Source of the DNA: Acidobacteriota bacterium
GTDB taxonomy: Bacteria > Acidobacteriota > UBA6911 > RPQK01
DNA length: 36,704 nt
Reading direction: 5' to 3'
NCBI GenBank assembly: GCA_003819755.1
Contig: RPQK01000001.1
Span: 1 to 36,704, forward strand
The translations under genes were made by a program, and so were the position numbers. Each line of letters opens with the position of its first letter. Position 1 is the stretch's first letter. A model generated the notes under the pieces. It did not search any database, was not told the origin of the DNA, and was given only the letters and a program-made list of their open reading frames with translations. This document shows, piece after piece, positions 27,747 through 36,704 of this stretch.

Positions 27747-28682
27747 ATGGAAATGGTACGAACAGAGGCGCTGACCCGGAGTTTCGGCGACTTGGTCGCG
27801 GTCAACCGAATCGACCTTACAGTCGAGAAGGGCGAGATCTTCGGGATCGTCGGCCCGGACGGGTCGGGGAAGACGACCACTCTGAGAATGCTGTCCGGGC
27901 TGATAAACCCGACACGAGGCAGTGCGAGCGTCGCCGGCTATGATGTCGTCACGCGCAGCACGGAGGTTAAGGACCGCATCGGGTACATGGCTCAGCGCTT
28001 TGGTCTGTACGTGGAATTGACCGTCCAGGAAAACATGGATTTTTATGCCGACCTGTTCGGCATCTCTGCGGACGATCGCGAAAACCTGGGAAAGCGGCTG
28101 CTTCACATGACTCGCATGGAACCCTTTCGCGATCGACTGGCGGGGCAGCTTTCAGGCGGAATGAAGCAGAAACTTGGGCTGATGTGCACGCTTCTTCATC
28201 GGCCGGAGATCCTCTTTCTGGACGAGCCTACGAATGGAGTCGATCCGGTTTCACGCCGGGATTTCTGGACGATCCTTTATGAACTGGTAAAAGACGGGCT
28301 CACAGTCGTCGTGACGACCGCGTACCTTGATGAAGCCGAGCGATGTGACCGGATCGCCCTCATGTATAGCGGCAGGATCATCAGAGCCGGCGCACCCGAG
28401 CAACTGAAGCAGAGCCTCCAGGAGACCTGCTACGAGATACGAACGTCCGATAACCGGCGCGCCCGGGCGGCTTTGCAGGGCATGCCGCAGGTCCTGTCCG
28501 TGACTCCGTCCGGACAGGCGCTTCATGTCTTTGTCAGCCGAGACGTTTCGGTAAGCAGCCTGCATCGGCTCCTATCGGAGGCGGGTTGCGAAGTTCATGA
28601 GATTCAGACCATTGCGCCGTCAATGGAAGACGTCTTCATTGCCCTGATCGAGAAGGAATCTAAGACCGCCACGGTGCCGTAA
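27747..28682 (+). CDS. ABC transporter ATP-binding protein (ABC-2 type, with C-terminal accessory domain)
   Basis: Walker A GPDGSGKTTT, signature LSGGMKQKL, Walker B ILFLDEPTNGVD. Confidence 0.93.
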   Translation: MEMVRTEALTRSFGDLVAVNRIDLTVEKGEIFGIVGPDGSGKTTTLRMLSGLINPTRGSASVAGYDVVTRSTEVKDRIGYMAQRFGLYVELTVQENMDFYADLFGISADDRENLGKRLLHMTRMEPFRDRLAGQLSGGMKQKLGLMCTLLHRPEILFLDEPTNGVDPVSRRDFWTILYELVKDGLTVVVTTAYLDEAERCDRIALMYSGRIIRAGAPEQLKQSLQETCYEIRTSDNRRARAALQGMPQVLSVTPSGQALHVFVSRDVSVSSLHRLLSEAGCEVHEIQTIAPSMEDVFIALIEKESKTATVP

Positions 28683-28703
28683 GCGGTCGGAGACCTATGG
28701 AAT

Positions 28704-29438
28704 ATGGAAAACGCGGTTGAGATTGAAAACCTGGTAAAGCGTTTTGGGAGCTTCGTCGCCGTCGATGATGTCAGTCTCGCGGTCCGGCGGGGTGAAATCT
28801 TCGGGTTTCTCGGGCCAAATGGGGCAGGAAAGTCGACCACGATTCGCATTTTGTGCGGCCTGTTGCGGCCGACGTCCGGGCGGGCGGTTGTCGGCGGCTT
28901 CGACGTTTACACGCAGGCAGAACAGGTCAGACAGACGATCGGCTACATGTCGCAGAGATTCTCGCTTTACGACGACCTGACGGTCGGGGAAAACATTTCG
29001 TTCTTCAGCGGCATTTACGGAGTTCTACCAGAGCAGAGAGCCAGGCGGAAGGCCGAGATCCTGAGCATGGCCGGTCTGGAGGCGCGCGAGCAGATCATGA
29101 CCCACCTTCTCCCGGGTGGCTGGAAACAAAGACTGGCGCTCGGTTGTGCAATAGTGCACGAGCCGCCGATCCTGTTTCTCGATGAACCAACGTCCGGCGT
29201 CGATCCGATCGCGCGCCGGACCTTTTGGGATTTGATCTACGATCTCTCTCAACGGGGCCACACGATCTTTGTCACGACGCATTACATGGATGAAGCCGAG
29301 TACTGCCACCGGTTGGCCCTGATGTACCGGGGACGAATAATCGCCGAAGGAACGCCCGACGAGCTGAAGCGCGGAGAAGCCAGCATGGAAGATGTCTTCG
29401 TGACGCGAATCGAAGAAGAGGAGAGGAAGGCTTCATGA
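28704..29438 (+). CDS. ABC transporter ATP-binding protein (second, shorter NBD)
   Basis: Walker A GPNGAGKSTT, degenerate signature LPGGWKQRL, Walker B ILFLDEPTSGVD. Confidence 0.93.
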   Translation: MENAVEIENLVKRFGSFVAVDDVSLAVRRGEIFGFLGPNGAGKSTTIRILCGLLRPTSGRAVVGGFDVYTQAEQVRQTIGYMSQRFSLYDDLTVGENISFFSGIYGVLPEQRARRKAEILSMAGLEAREQIMTHLLPGGWKQRLALGCAIVHEPPILFLDEPTSGVDPIARRTFWDLIYDLSQRGHTIFVTTHYMDEAEYCHRLALMYRGRIIAEGTPDELKRGEASMEDVFVTRIEEEERKAS

Positions 29439-30568
29439 GCTGGAGACGAACGAAGGCCGTCGCGCGGAAGGAGATCATCCATATCTACCGAGATCCTCGC
29501 AGCCTGGCGATGGCGCTCGCCATGCCCTTGGTTATGCTCCTTCTCTTCGGCTACGCTCTTACCCTGGACGTCGATCGGATCCCGACAATGATCTACGATG
29601 GCGACGACACTCCTCAGAGCCGTGAGGTGGCCGAGCTGTTCCGTGCGTCCCGGTATTTCGAGGTCTTTGGCCGGCCTGATTCCTATGGGGAAATCGAGAA
29701 GGAGATCAACCACAGCCGCTGCCTCCTGGGAGTCGTAATACCATCTGATTTTTCCGAGGAGCTGAGCGTCGGCAACCAGGGACAGATACAACTTCTGTTG
29801 GACGGCAGCGATTCGAATACCGCTTCGATCGCCCTCGGATATGCCGAGGCGCTACTCCAGCTTCATTCCTTGACGCTTCGCACTCGCTGGTTCGACCGAC
29901 AGGGAGGAAGTGAGCTCAAAGTACCAGTCGATCCGCACATGCGTGTCTGGTACAACCCCGAACTGAAGTCTAAGAACTACATCGTTCCCGGTCTCATCGG
30001 GGTCATCTTGATGATCATTTCCGCGCTCTTGACGTCGCTGACCATCGCCCGTGAGTGGGAAATGGGCACCATGGAGCAGCTGCTTTCAACTCCTCTTCGT
30101 CCCGGCGAGCTCGTTCTCGGAAAAATGGCCGCATTCTTCATCATTGGGTTCATAGATACTTTGATGGCAGTCGGCGTAGGCGTTCTGATCTTCGGTGTTC
30201 CTTTTCGGGGAAATGCCATTTTCCTCATCGTGACCGTCAGCATCTTTCTCTTTGGGGTTTTGTGCTGGGGGATAATGATTTCGGCGGCGACCCGATCTCA
30301 GCTCAAGGCGTATCAACTGGGCATGATCACCTCCTTTCTGCCGGCTTTCCTGCTGTCCGGGTTCGTCTACGACATCGGTAACATGCCGGCGATTATCCAG
30401 GTCATCACTCACATCGTGCCCGCCCGGTACCTGGTGACGCTTTTAAAGGGCATTTTTCTCAAAGGCATTGGCCTGGAGATGCTGTTCGTAGAGTTCATCC
30501 TGCTCTTGGTTTACGCCGCCGCGATCTTTTTTATCGCGACCAGGATTCTGCACAGAAAGGTAGCCTGA
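29435..30568 (+). CDS. ABC-2 family transporter permease (YbhS/YbhR-like)
   Basis: 377 aa. An N-terminal TM, a large periplasmic loop, then 5 TMs. REWEMGTMEQLLSTP motif. Its start overlaps the upstream stop (ATGA). Confidence 0.9.
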   Translation: MSWRRTKAVARKEIIHIYRDPRSLAMALAMPLVMLLLFGYALTLDVDRIPTMIYDGDDTPQSREVAELFRASRYFEVFGRPDSYGEIEKEINHSRCLLGVVIPSDFSEELSVGNQGQIQLLLDGSDSNTASIALGYAEALLQLHSLTLRTRWFDRQGGSELKVPVDPHMRVWYNPELKSKNYIVPGLIGVILMIISALLTSLTIAREWEMGTMEQLLSTPLRPGELVLGKMAAFFIIGFIDTLMAVGVGVLIFGVPFRGNAIFLIVTVSIFLFGVLCWGIMISAATRSQLKAYQLGMITSFLPAFLLSGFVYDIGNMPAIIQVITHIVPARYLVTLLKGIFLKGIGLEMLFVEFILLLVYAAAIFFIATRILHRKVA

Positions 30569-30570
30569 CG

Positions 30571-31731
30571 ATGAGGTGGGGAAGAATTCGCGAAATCATC
30601 ATCAAGGAGCTCCGCCAGGCACTCAGGGAGCCGAGGATGAGAGTCCTGCTTTTTGTCCCGCCGGTTGTGCAGCTCCTCGTGTTCGGTTTTGCTGTGAACC
30701 TCGACGTCGGCGAGAGCCAGATAGGCTGGATGGATTCGGACGGGACCCCTGCCAGCCGCGATTTGCTGGCGGCCTTTGACGGCTCCCCCTACTTTCACGT
30801 CACCGCAGTTCCTGCTTCGGATGCTGAGGTGCAGCATCTGCTGGATGAAGGATCGGTCCGCGCGGTGATCCGCGTGCTGCCTGGTTTCGGGCGCGAGCTT
30901 TCTCGAGGAGAAACGACGACCGTCCAGATCCTGGTTGATGGAAGCAATTCGAACACCGCGGCGATCGTTTCAAGCTATGCCGGCCAGGTCGCTAGCGCGT
31001 ACGGACGAAAGGCCATGCAGGAGCAGTTGCGCGACCGGCTGGCCGCCAATGCTCACATAAACCCCAATCCGGTGCGCATGACCGCCCCGGGCCTGGATAT
31101 ACGCAGTCGCGTCTGGTTCAATCCGAGCCTTTACAGCCGGTACTACTTCGTCCCTGGTGTCGTGGTCAACATCGTCGCGCTCGTGACGATCATGCTGACC
31201 GCCATGAGTATCGTGCGAGAGAAAGAGATCGGGACGATGGAGCAACTGATGGTCACTCCGATTCGCCCGGCCGAGCTGATGGTGGGTAAGCTTCTGCCGT
31301 TCGGCATGATTGGGATTCTGGAAGTGATCCTGGTGACGCTCGGCGCCCTTCTCGTGTTCGGAGTCCCCTTCCGGGGGAATCCGTTGGTTCTTCTGGCCTC
31401 ATCCTTGCTTTTTTTGCTGACCACTCTTGGGATCGGGCTTTTTCTGTCGACGATCTCCGAGACTCAGCAGCAGGCGATGATGATCTCGTTTTTCTTCTTC
31501 ATGCCGGCGTTCATGCTGAGCGGCTTCGCTTTTCCAATACGGAACATGCCGCTGCCGGTGCAGTATCTCACCTATCTGAACCCGGTGCGTTACATGATCG
31601 AAATTGTCCGAGACGTCTTTCTTAAAGGCGGCGGGGTTGCAGTATTGTGGCCGCAGATGTTGACGCTGCTGGTCTACGGGCTGGCCATCCTCAGCTTCAG
31701 CGCGCTGAGGTTTCATAAGAGGCTGGATTAG
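30571..31731 (+). CDS. ABC-2 family transporter permease (paralogue of the preceding gene)
   Basis: 386 aa with the same topology. REKEIGTMEQLMVTP motif. Confidence 0.9.
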   Translation: MRWGRIREIIIKELRQALREPRMRVLLFVPPVVQLLVFGFAVNLDVGESQIGWMDSDGTPASRDLLAAFDGSPYFHVTAVPASDAEVQHLLDEGSVRAVIRVLPGFGRELSRGETTTVQILVDGSNSNTAAIVSSYAGQVASAYGRKAMQEQLRDRLAANAHINPNPVRMTAPGLDIRSRVWFNPSLYSRYYFVPGVVVNIVALVTIMLTAMSIVREKEIGTMEQLMVTPIRPAELMVGKLLPFGMIGILEVILVTLGALLVFGVPFRGNPLVLLASSLLFLLTTLGIGLFLSTISETQQQAMMISFFFFMPAFMLSGFAFPIRNMPLPVQYLTYLNPVRYMIEIVRDVFLKGGGVAVLWPQMLTLLVYGLAILSFSALRFHKRLD

Positions 31732-31736
31732 CGAGG

Positions 31737-31804
31737 TCCGTCCACGAACCAACACGAACAAAGACACTTTTGTTCGTGTTCGTTCGTGTTGGTTCGTGGA
31801 CGGA
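31737..31804. repeat. CACGAAC-family palindromic element, copy 4 (asymmetric: the left arm lacks one 10-mer)
   Basis: TCCGTCCACGAACCAACACGAAC aaagacac TTTTGTTCGTGTTCGTTCGTGTTGGTTCGTGGACGGA. Lies between convergent stops 31731 and 31818. Confidence 0.85.
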
Positions 31805-31817
31805 AACCCCGTTCCTA

Positions 31818-33038
31818 CTACAAATCCTTGCTCCTCGGCCGCAGTTTGGTAAAGTCGGCGCCGGAGATCACGTAATACCAGTCGGCAAAACGGTGGGATA
31901 GCTCGCGGGCCAGCCTGTTCCCGGTGACCCTGACCTTAGAGGGATCGCCGTCGTTGTAGAGCGAAGCTCTGTCGTCGTTATAGCTGACCGTTATGAACAG
32001 GTACCGTCGCTCGGCCGTCTTGTCGTCTGCGGCGGCGCCTGGTGTCCCGGGGGCCACTTCGCCGAACCGCAGTGTGTAAATGAGTCCCTTGTCGGTTTCG
32101 ACGATCAACTCTCCCTCGTTCGACAGAAGCTGGCCGGTAGGAGTTACGAAGAACCCTTTCTGCCGGAGCGACATTATGCTGTCGACCGAAAGCTGTATCC
32201 CTTCCTGAGCGCGCAGGTCCTGTGTCAGTGCCGGAGGCTTCGGTTGGACGTTGACGATTCGCAGGGTATCGAGGGCGGCGGTCACGGCGTCCAGGGTGGC
32301 TTTCTTGGCAGCCCGGCCGCTGACCGTCCACTTGTCTTTGTCCTTGGTCAGAACCGTCCGTTCGACGTTATCAAGCTGTCCGAGCTGTTCGTTGATCGAG
32401 TAACTATTGACGGTGATCTTCCGAATCTCTGGGGCGGTCAGCTTAAGGAGATCGGTCTCGATCCAGTCCTCGAAACTGACGGATGGGTCGGCCTCGGTCT
32501 TAACCGCGTAGGTTCGCTTCTGCCCCGGAACCCGGATGTATCGATAGCCCGCTTTTCCTTCTACCGGCTTTCCGAGGACGAAATCCGCCAATACGCCGCC
32601 CTTGTCGTCGCGCAGCGTCACCCGCTTGCCTCGCCCGGTCAGGCTGGTGGCCTTCTGATCAAGCGGATCGATAACTCCGAGAGAGGTGTGATCCGCGACG
32701 GAATCGGAGCGGACCGATTCCTTTTTCAGATCCATCAACGCCGCGGCGGTTTTGGCCAGACGCTCCTGGGCGTCGGCTGGGTAATTAAAGTGGGAAGGGA
32801 GGCTCCACCGGCGATTACGAAATTCGACCTTAAAAGGACGCGCGGTCGCGGTGGCCTCGTCATAGGCGACCACTTCGAGCGCCTTGCAGGCGAGCGGGTC
32901 CGTGAAGCTCGGGTAAAAGTCCTGTCCCTGGTCGTCGAACAGGTTGTGAGTGGTACTCTCAGGCTGAACCAAGGCAGCGGTGATGGCGAGGCCCACCGCT
33001 ATCACTAGAAAAACCAGAGTTACAATTTTCTCGCGCAT
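31818..33038 (-). CDS. DUF4340-domain protein (partner of GldG-type ABC systems)
   Basis: 406 aa with an N-terminal TM LVFLVIAVGLAITAAL. Repetitive beta-rich domains. Sits immediately downstream of the GldF/GldG gene, the usual context for DUF4340. Assigned from memory. Confidence 0.65.
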   Translation of the reverse strand: MREKIVTLVFLVIAVGLAITAALVQPESTTHNLFDDQGQDFYPSFTDPLACKALEVVAYDEATATARPFKVEFRNRRWSLPSHFNYPADAQERLAKTAAALMDLKKESVRSDSVADHTSLGVIDPLDQKATSLTGRGKRVTLRDDKGGVLADFVLGKPVEGKAGYRYIRVPGQKRTYAVKTEADPSVSFEDWIETDLLKLTAPEIRKITVNSYSINEQLGQLDNVERTVLTKDKDKWTVSGRAAKKATLDAVTAALDTLRIVNVQPKPPALTQDLRAQEGIQLSVDSIMSLRQKGFFVTPTGQLLSNEGELIVETDKGLIYTLRFGEVAPGTPGAAADDKTAERRYLFITVSYNDDRASLYNDGDPSKVRVTGNRLARELSHRFADWYYVISGADFTKLRPRSKDL

Positions 33039-33054
33039 ATCAATTTAGCTTCTA

Positions 33055-33069
33055 TTGGTTCGTGGATAG
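33055..33069. repeat. solo half-arm of the CACGAAC family
   Basis: TTGGTTCGTGGATAG in the 43-bp spacer between the GldF/G stop and the DUF4340 start. No partner arm is present. Confidence 0.5.
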
Positions 33070-33081
33070 AACCTCATTCCT

Positions 33082-35715
33082 CTACTCTTGCGGCACGGCG
33101 CCGTGGCTCAGCAGCCGTCGCTCACTGACGCCAATCCTTTCACTTCTCAGTCTTTTCAGAGAGAAAAGCAAGAACAGGGAGAAAGCCGGGATAGGAGGCA
33201 GGGCGACAGCCAGGAGCTTGATCATGTTTTGAATGCCGCGAACGGCGGCCTCCATGTTGGCACGGCTGTCCTCGATCTGGCGCTGCTTCTCGTCTTCGAT
33301 ATTGGCGCGGGAGACAGTCAAGCGGCGGTTCTCGACGGACTGCAGATTGTTAATCATGATGTCTCGAGTCTGCTCATCGAGATCCGGTCGCCGCCGCAAA
33401 TCCTCGACCGCACGGTCCAGCCGCTTCTGGGCTTCATCGAGCCGTTTGGAAGCTGTGGATTCGGCTAAGCGTGTCTCCTTAAGGCGCTGCTCTTCGTAGA
33501 CGCGGGTCTTCGCCTCCACTGCCTCAAGCGTGCGGTGCCGAGGCCGGCGTTTGCGGAGAGCGATGAATGACTGATCGCCCACGAGGTAATCGACTGCGTT
33601 CAACATGAAGGTCACGTTGTCGAAATTCAGGTTTTCGATCCCTCGCTTGCGCAACTCAAAAAACTGCTCACCCAGAAGGTCGCAGTCCGCGACCACCACC
33701 GCTTTGACCGGCTTTGACCCGCTTCCTTCGACTCTCGCCGCAAGGACATGGTTCCCCTTGTCCGGCTCATGGCTGACCCCTTGCGCCAGGCTGATGCCGA
33801 AGAACGACTGCTGGACCAGGCGATTCCAGGGAACCAGCCCGGAGGCGGTGCCCGTCTGGAGGAGCGGGAAGAATTTGGTCTTTGCCGACCCGCTCGGGAC
33901 GACGGTGCCTGGGTAAATCAGGACCACCTCCTGCAGGCTCGAGGCAATCGATTCGGAGGCGTTGAACGCGGCTTTGGCGCCGTTCCCGCTACCGACGAAA
34001 ACGACCTCAGGTGGTAGGTTCGAGAGTTGGGGATGGGGATTGTACTTGTCCCAACTGATGTCGCCGGTCGGCCACGAAACTCCCAGCAGCTCCAGCAGAG
34101 GAGTCACATCGGTGCGGGTTTTGGGCGGCGCCTGCTGGAAAGGACTCGAGGGAACGTCCTGCGGCGACGAATCGATGCTGAATGCGGGAAGCGGATCCAC
34201 CAGGAGCAGGACTGGCCTGCCCTGCTTCACGTAGGCGATCAGCCGGTCGAGTTGAGGCGGTGTCAGAGTGTGGGGCAACACCACGAGCATCGCGTCCACA
34301 TTGGTCGGGTAGTCAGTATCTGCCTGGACTTGGGTGACCTCGTACTGTTTCCTCAACTCGGCGAGGATCGGCCACTCGTTGTCCTGCCGGTTGGTTTTGA
34401 AGTCGAAGCCTCCGAAAAGCTTTACTCCGGTATTCAGCACTCCGACCTGTTTGCGTTCGGTTTTCGAGACCACTCGAATCGAGCGCATGAGTTCGTATTC
34501 GACCGGCAGCCCTCGATCGAAAAAGGGAATAACGAATTCTTCAGAGCCGCAGGTAAAGGCGACTCCGAGGAAGATTTCGCGGGGCGCTCCCACCGTTTCC
34601 TCGGTGACTGGAACGGCGCTTGCTCGAATGCTGAAGCGTTCTTGAGCTTCCCGAGCCTCGGCAGAGTACTTCTCGGTCTCATAGATCTTCTTGTGGACTG
34701 CCTCTCCGCCGATCTCGTCGAACTCCCGTAACATTCGGACCAGGTTAGCCCTCACCTGCATGTAGGACCGGGGAACCTGGGGGCTGAGATAAGCCTCAAT
34801 GATCACCGGCTTCCCGGGGTCGAGTTTCTTGAGCAGGTTGACGGTATCGGGGGACAAGGAATGGACCTTTTCAGAGGTCACATCAATCCGGCTGGTTAAG
34901 TGGGCACCGAGCAGGCTGATGCTCGCCACTATAACGAGCAGGCAAAGGCCGCGAACCAGGTAGTGAATGCCGAGATTCGGACTGCGCCGGCCCGTCGGCC
35001 AGTGGCGCCGGCCTAGAAGCCCGATGTTCAAGTAAAGAAAGGCAGCGGCGAAACTCAGGAAATACAGCAGGGCGGCCGGCGTGACAATGCCGGCTGCGAG
35101 ATCCTGGAACTGTTCCGCCATTGATAACCGCTGGGCCAGGTTCTGCCACTCTCCACTCAGGATGACGCCTGCGTGATGAATGAAAACCGGGACCGCGCAG
35201 AAAAGAGCGCCGAGGATGAAAGCTACCGTGAGATTGTCTGTGAGCAGGGAAGCGAAAAGGCCCAGCGAGAGCAGGGCGGCCCCCATCAGCCAGTAACCGA
35301 GATAGGTGGATGCGAGCATTCCCAGGTCCGGATTGCCGAGCCAGAAAAGAACGATCACATTACTCAAGGAAAACAGTAAAGCGACCGTGTAAATGGCGAG
35401 CGCAGCCAGGTACTTGCCCAGGACGATGTCGACATCCGACGCGGGAAGAGTCAGAACCAGCTCGTCCGTGCCGTAGCGCTTTTCCTCCGCCCACAGGCTC
35501 ATGGTAATTGCAGGAACCAGGAAGACCAGAAGATACGGGAAAAACCGGTTCAGCTGGTCGAGATTCGCCAGGTTCGCCGCAAAGAAGTCCTCTTGCCAGA
35601 AAGCGGCAATAGCGCTCAGAAACACGAAGATCGTGATAAAGACATATCCAGTGGGGCTGCTGAAGTACCCGAGAAGCTCCCTTTTGAATATTGCTGAAAC
35701 AACACGTCCTCTCAT
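33082..35715 (-). CDS. fused ABC-2 permease (GldF-like) and GldG-like accessory domain protein
   Basis: The N-terminal 245 or so aa hold six TMs (FKRELLGYFSSPTGYVFITIF..., EEKRYGTDELVLTLP). The central large domain has a GldG-like pattern, followed by a C-terminal coiled coil and a TM. ATG 35715 overlaps the upstream stop as ATGA (the track starts at GTG 35721). Confidence 0.8.
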   Translation of the reverse strand: MRGRVVSAIFKRELLGYFSSPTGYVFITIFVFLSAIAAFWQEDFFAANLANLDQLNRFFPYLLVFLVPAITMSLWAEEKRYGTDELVLTLPASDVDIVLGKYLAALAIYTVALLFSLSNVIVLFWLGNPDLGMLASTYLGYWLMGAALLSLGLFASLLTDNLTVAFILGALFCAVPVFIHHAGVILSGEWQNLAQRLSMAEQFQDLAAGIVTPAALLYFLSFAAAFLYLNIGLLGRRHWPTGRRSPNLGIHYLVRGLCLLVIVASISLLGAHLTSRIDVTSEKVHSLSPDTVNLLKKLDPGKPVIIEAYLSPQVPRSYMQVRANLVRMLREFDEIGGEAVHKKIYETEKYSAEAREAQERFSIRASAVPVTEETVGAPREIFLGVAFTCGSEEFVIPFFDRGLPVEYELMRSIRVVSKTERKQVGVLNTGVKLFGGFDFKTNRQDNEWPILAELRKQYEVTQVQADTDYPTNVDAMLVVLPHTLTPPQLDRLIAYVKQGRPVLLLVDPLPAFSIDSSPQDVPSSPFQQAPPKTRTDVTPLLELLGVSWPTGDISWDKYNPHPQLSNLPPEVVFVGSGNGAKAAFNASESIASSLQEVVLIYPGTVVPSGSAKTKFFPLLQTGTASGLVPWNRLVQQSFFGISLAQGVSHEPDKGNHVLAARVEGSGSKPVKAVVVADCDLLGEQFFELRKRGIENLNFDNVTFMLNAVDYLVGDQSFIALRKRRPRHRTLEAVEAKTRVYEEQRLKETRLAESTASKRLDEAQKRLDRAVEDLRRRPDLDEQTRDIMINNLQSVENRRLTVSRANIEDEKQRQIEDSRANMEAAVRGIQNMIKLLAVALPPIPAFSLFLLFSLKRLRSERIGVSERRLLSHGAVPQE

Positions 35716-36470
35716 GGACACTCCTCCGCAACGGGTTCAGTTAACGGTTGGTTCACAGTCGGAAGACTGCCGGTCAAACGGTAGAAGGCAGCTTCCAGAG
35801 TACGGTCGCCGGCAAGCATAGCATCCCGAGTACCGTCGAAAACGATGCGGCCCTCGTGAATCAGGATTACATGATCGGCCACCGCCTCAACCTCCTGAAG
35901 GATGTGGGTTGAAAGCAGAACACTCTTGGTCTTACCCAGCTCCCGGATAAGGTTGCGCACTTCGCGAATCTGGTTCGGATCGAGGCCGCTGGTCGGCTCG
36001 TCGAGAATCAGGATGTCCGGATCGTGCAGCAAAGCCTGAGCCATGCCGACCCTTTGCCGATAGCCCCTCGAAAGCTTTCTGATGCTTTTGTGGAGCACCG
36101 GCTCCAGGGAGCACTGAGCGACGACGGTATCTATCCGATTTCTGACCGCACCGCTCGTCAAGCCGCGGGCTTGTCCCAAAAACTTCAGAAGCGCCAGGGG
36201 GGTCATCTCGGGATAAAGAGGGCCGTTCTCAGGCAGGTAGCCGACTCGGGCGGCGAGCTCGATCCGCTTCTTGGAGACATCCATCCCCGCCAGGCGGGCG
36301 GTCCCTTCGCTGGGGGACTGGTAACCGGTGAGGATTCGCATGGTGGTTGTCTTGCCCGCGCCGTTGGGGCCGACAAAGGCCGCTACCTGACCGGGAGGGA
36401 CTCCGAAGCTGACGTTCTGAATAGCTATGAACGCGCCATAGAATTTGGACAGACAGGAGGCCTCGATCAT
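35712..36470 (-). CDS. ABC transporter ATP-binding protein (GldA-like)
   Basis: Walker A GPNGAGKTTT, signature LSRGYRQRV, Walker B ILILDEPTSGLD. I prefer ATG 36470 (MIEASCLSKFYG, a typical ABC N-terminus). The track ORF extends to 36563. Confidence 0.9.
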   Translation of the reverse strand: MIEASCLSKFYGAFIAIQNVSFGVPPGQVAAFVGPNGAGKTTTMRILTGYQSPSEGTARLAGMDVSKKRIELAARVGYLPENGPLYPEMTPLALLKFLGQARGLTSGAVRNRIDTVVAQCSLEPVLHKSIRKLSRGYRQRVGMAQALLHDPDILILDEPTSGLDPNQIREVRNLIRELGKTKSVLLSTHILQEVEAVADHVILIHEGRIVFDGTRDAMLAGDRTLEAAFYRLTGSLPTVNQPLTEPVAEECP

Positions 36471-36621
36471 TAGTTCTGGGTGTATGGAATCCATAAAACT
36501 GAATATGGTAGCAGAAGTGTGAAGAGATGCGAGAAGCAGGTTGGGTGTGGGGCTTTCTTTCAACCGGCTTTTGTCAGATGTTCGAGGGTGGCGCCACGCG
36601 TGCTCTGAAGTGTGCTGATCA

Positions 36622-36668
36622 GAATATCGAATATCGAATATCGAATATCGAATGTCGAATGTCGAAGG
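36622..36668. repeat. tandem heptamer array GAATATC x4, GAATGTC x2, GAAGG
   Basis: Read directly: gaatatc gaatatc gaatatc gaatatc gaatgtc gaatgtc gaagg. Lies about 150 bp upstream of the GldA-like start on the other strand. Confidence 0.85.
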
Positions 36669-36704
36669 AAGGGAAGCCTCTCATCTGAACGCTGTCATCG
36701 ACGA

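Overview
GC-rich bacterial chromosomal segment covering the replication-initiation neighbourhood. The minus strand carries rpsA, an HU/IHF-like gene, a HIT gene, dnaA, dnaN, gyrB, gyrA, a TPR protein, a small membrane protein and rpsU, then hpt and an HD hydrolase. The plus strand from about 15.1 kb carries rpmE, prfA, prmC, a HIT gene, folE and a VWA protein. Further right are rnhB, pcm and a TetR-controlled TolC/HlyD/ABC-2 efflux operon resembling E. coli cecR-ybhGFSR. A GldA / GldF-GldG fusion / DUF4340 ABC module lies on the minus strand at the right end. The VWA protein type and the repeat-rich spacers suggest Acidobacteriota, but that is only an inference. I found no tRNA, rRNA, CRISPR array, transposase, integrase or toxin-antitoxin pair by eye, and almost every sizeable ORF is explained by a housekeeping or transporter family. 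I therefore cannot support a novel multi-gene protein system here. The unexplained signal is non-coding. (1) A family of long palindromes has arms made of three 10-bp-phased CACGAAC units, with 4 full copies plus a half copy, one of them inside the efflux operon. (2) Other intergenic spacers are built on the same plan from different 7-nt units, and the gyrB-gyrA spacer embeds the gyrA Shine-Dalgarno. (3) A 336-bp nested-palindrome MITE-like element sits between tetR and tolC. (4) DnaA-box clusters flank dnaA, including a perfect 20-bp palindrome, while the gene-orientation switch lies 3 kb away at rpsA/rpmE. Coordinates of starts chosen by me are stated where they differ from the ORF track.
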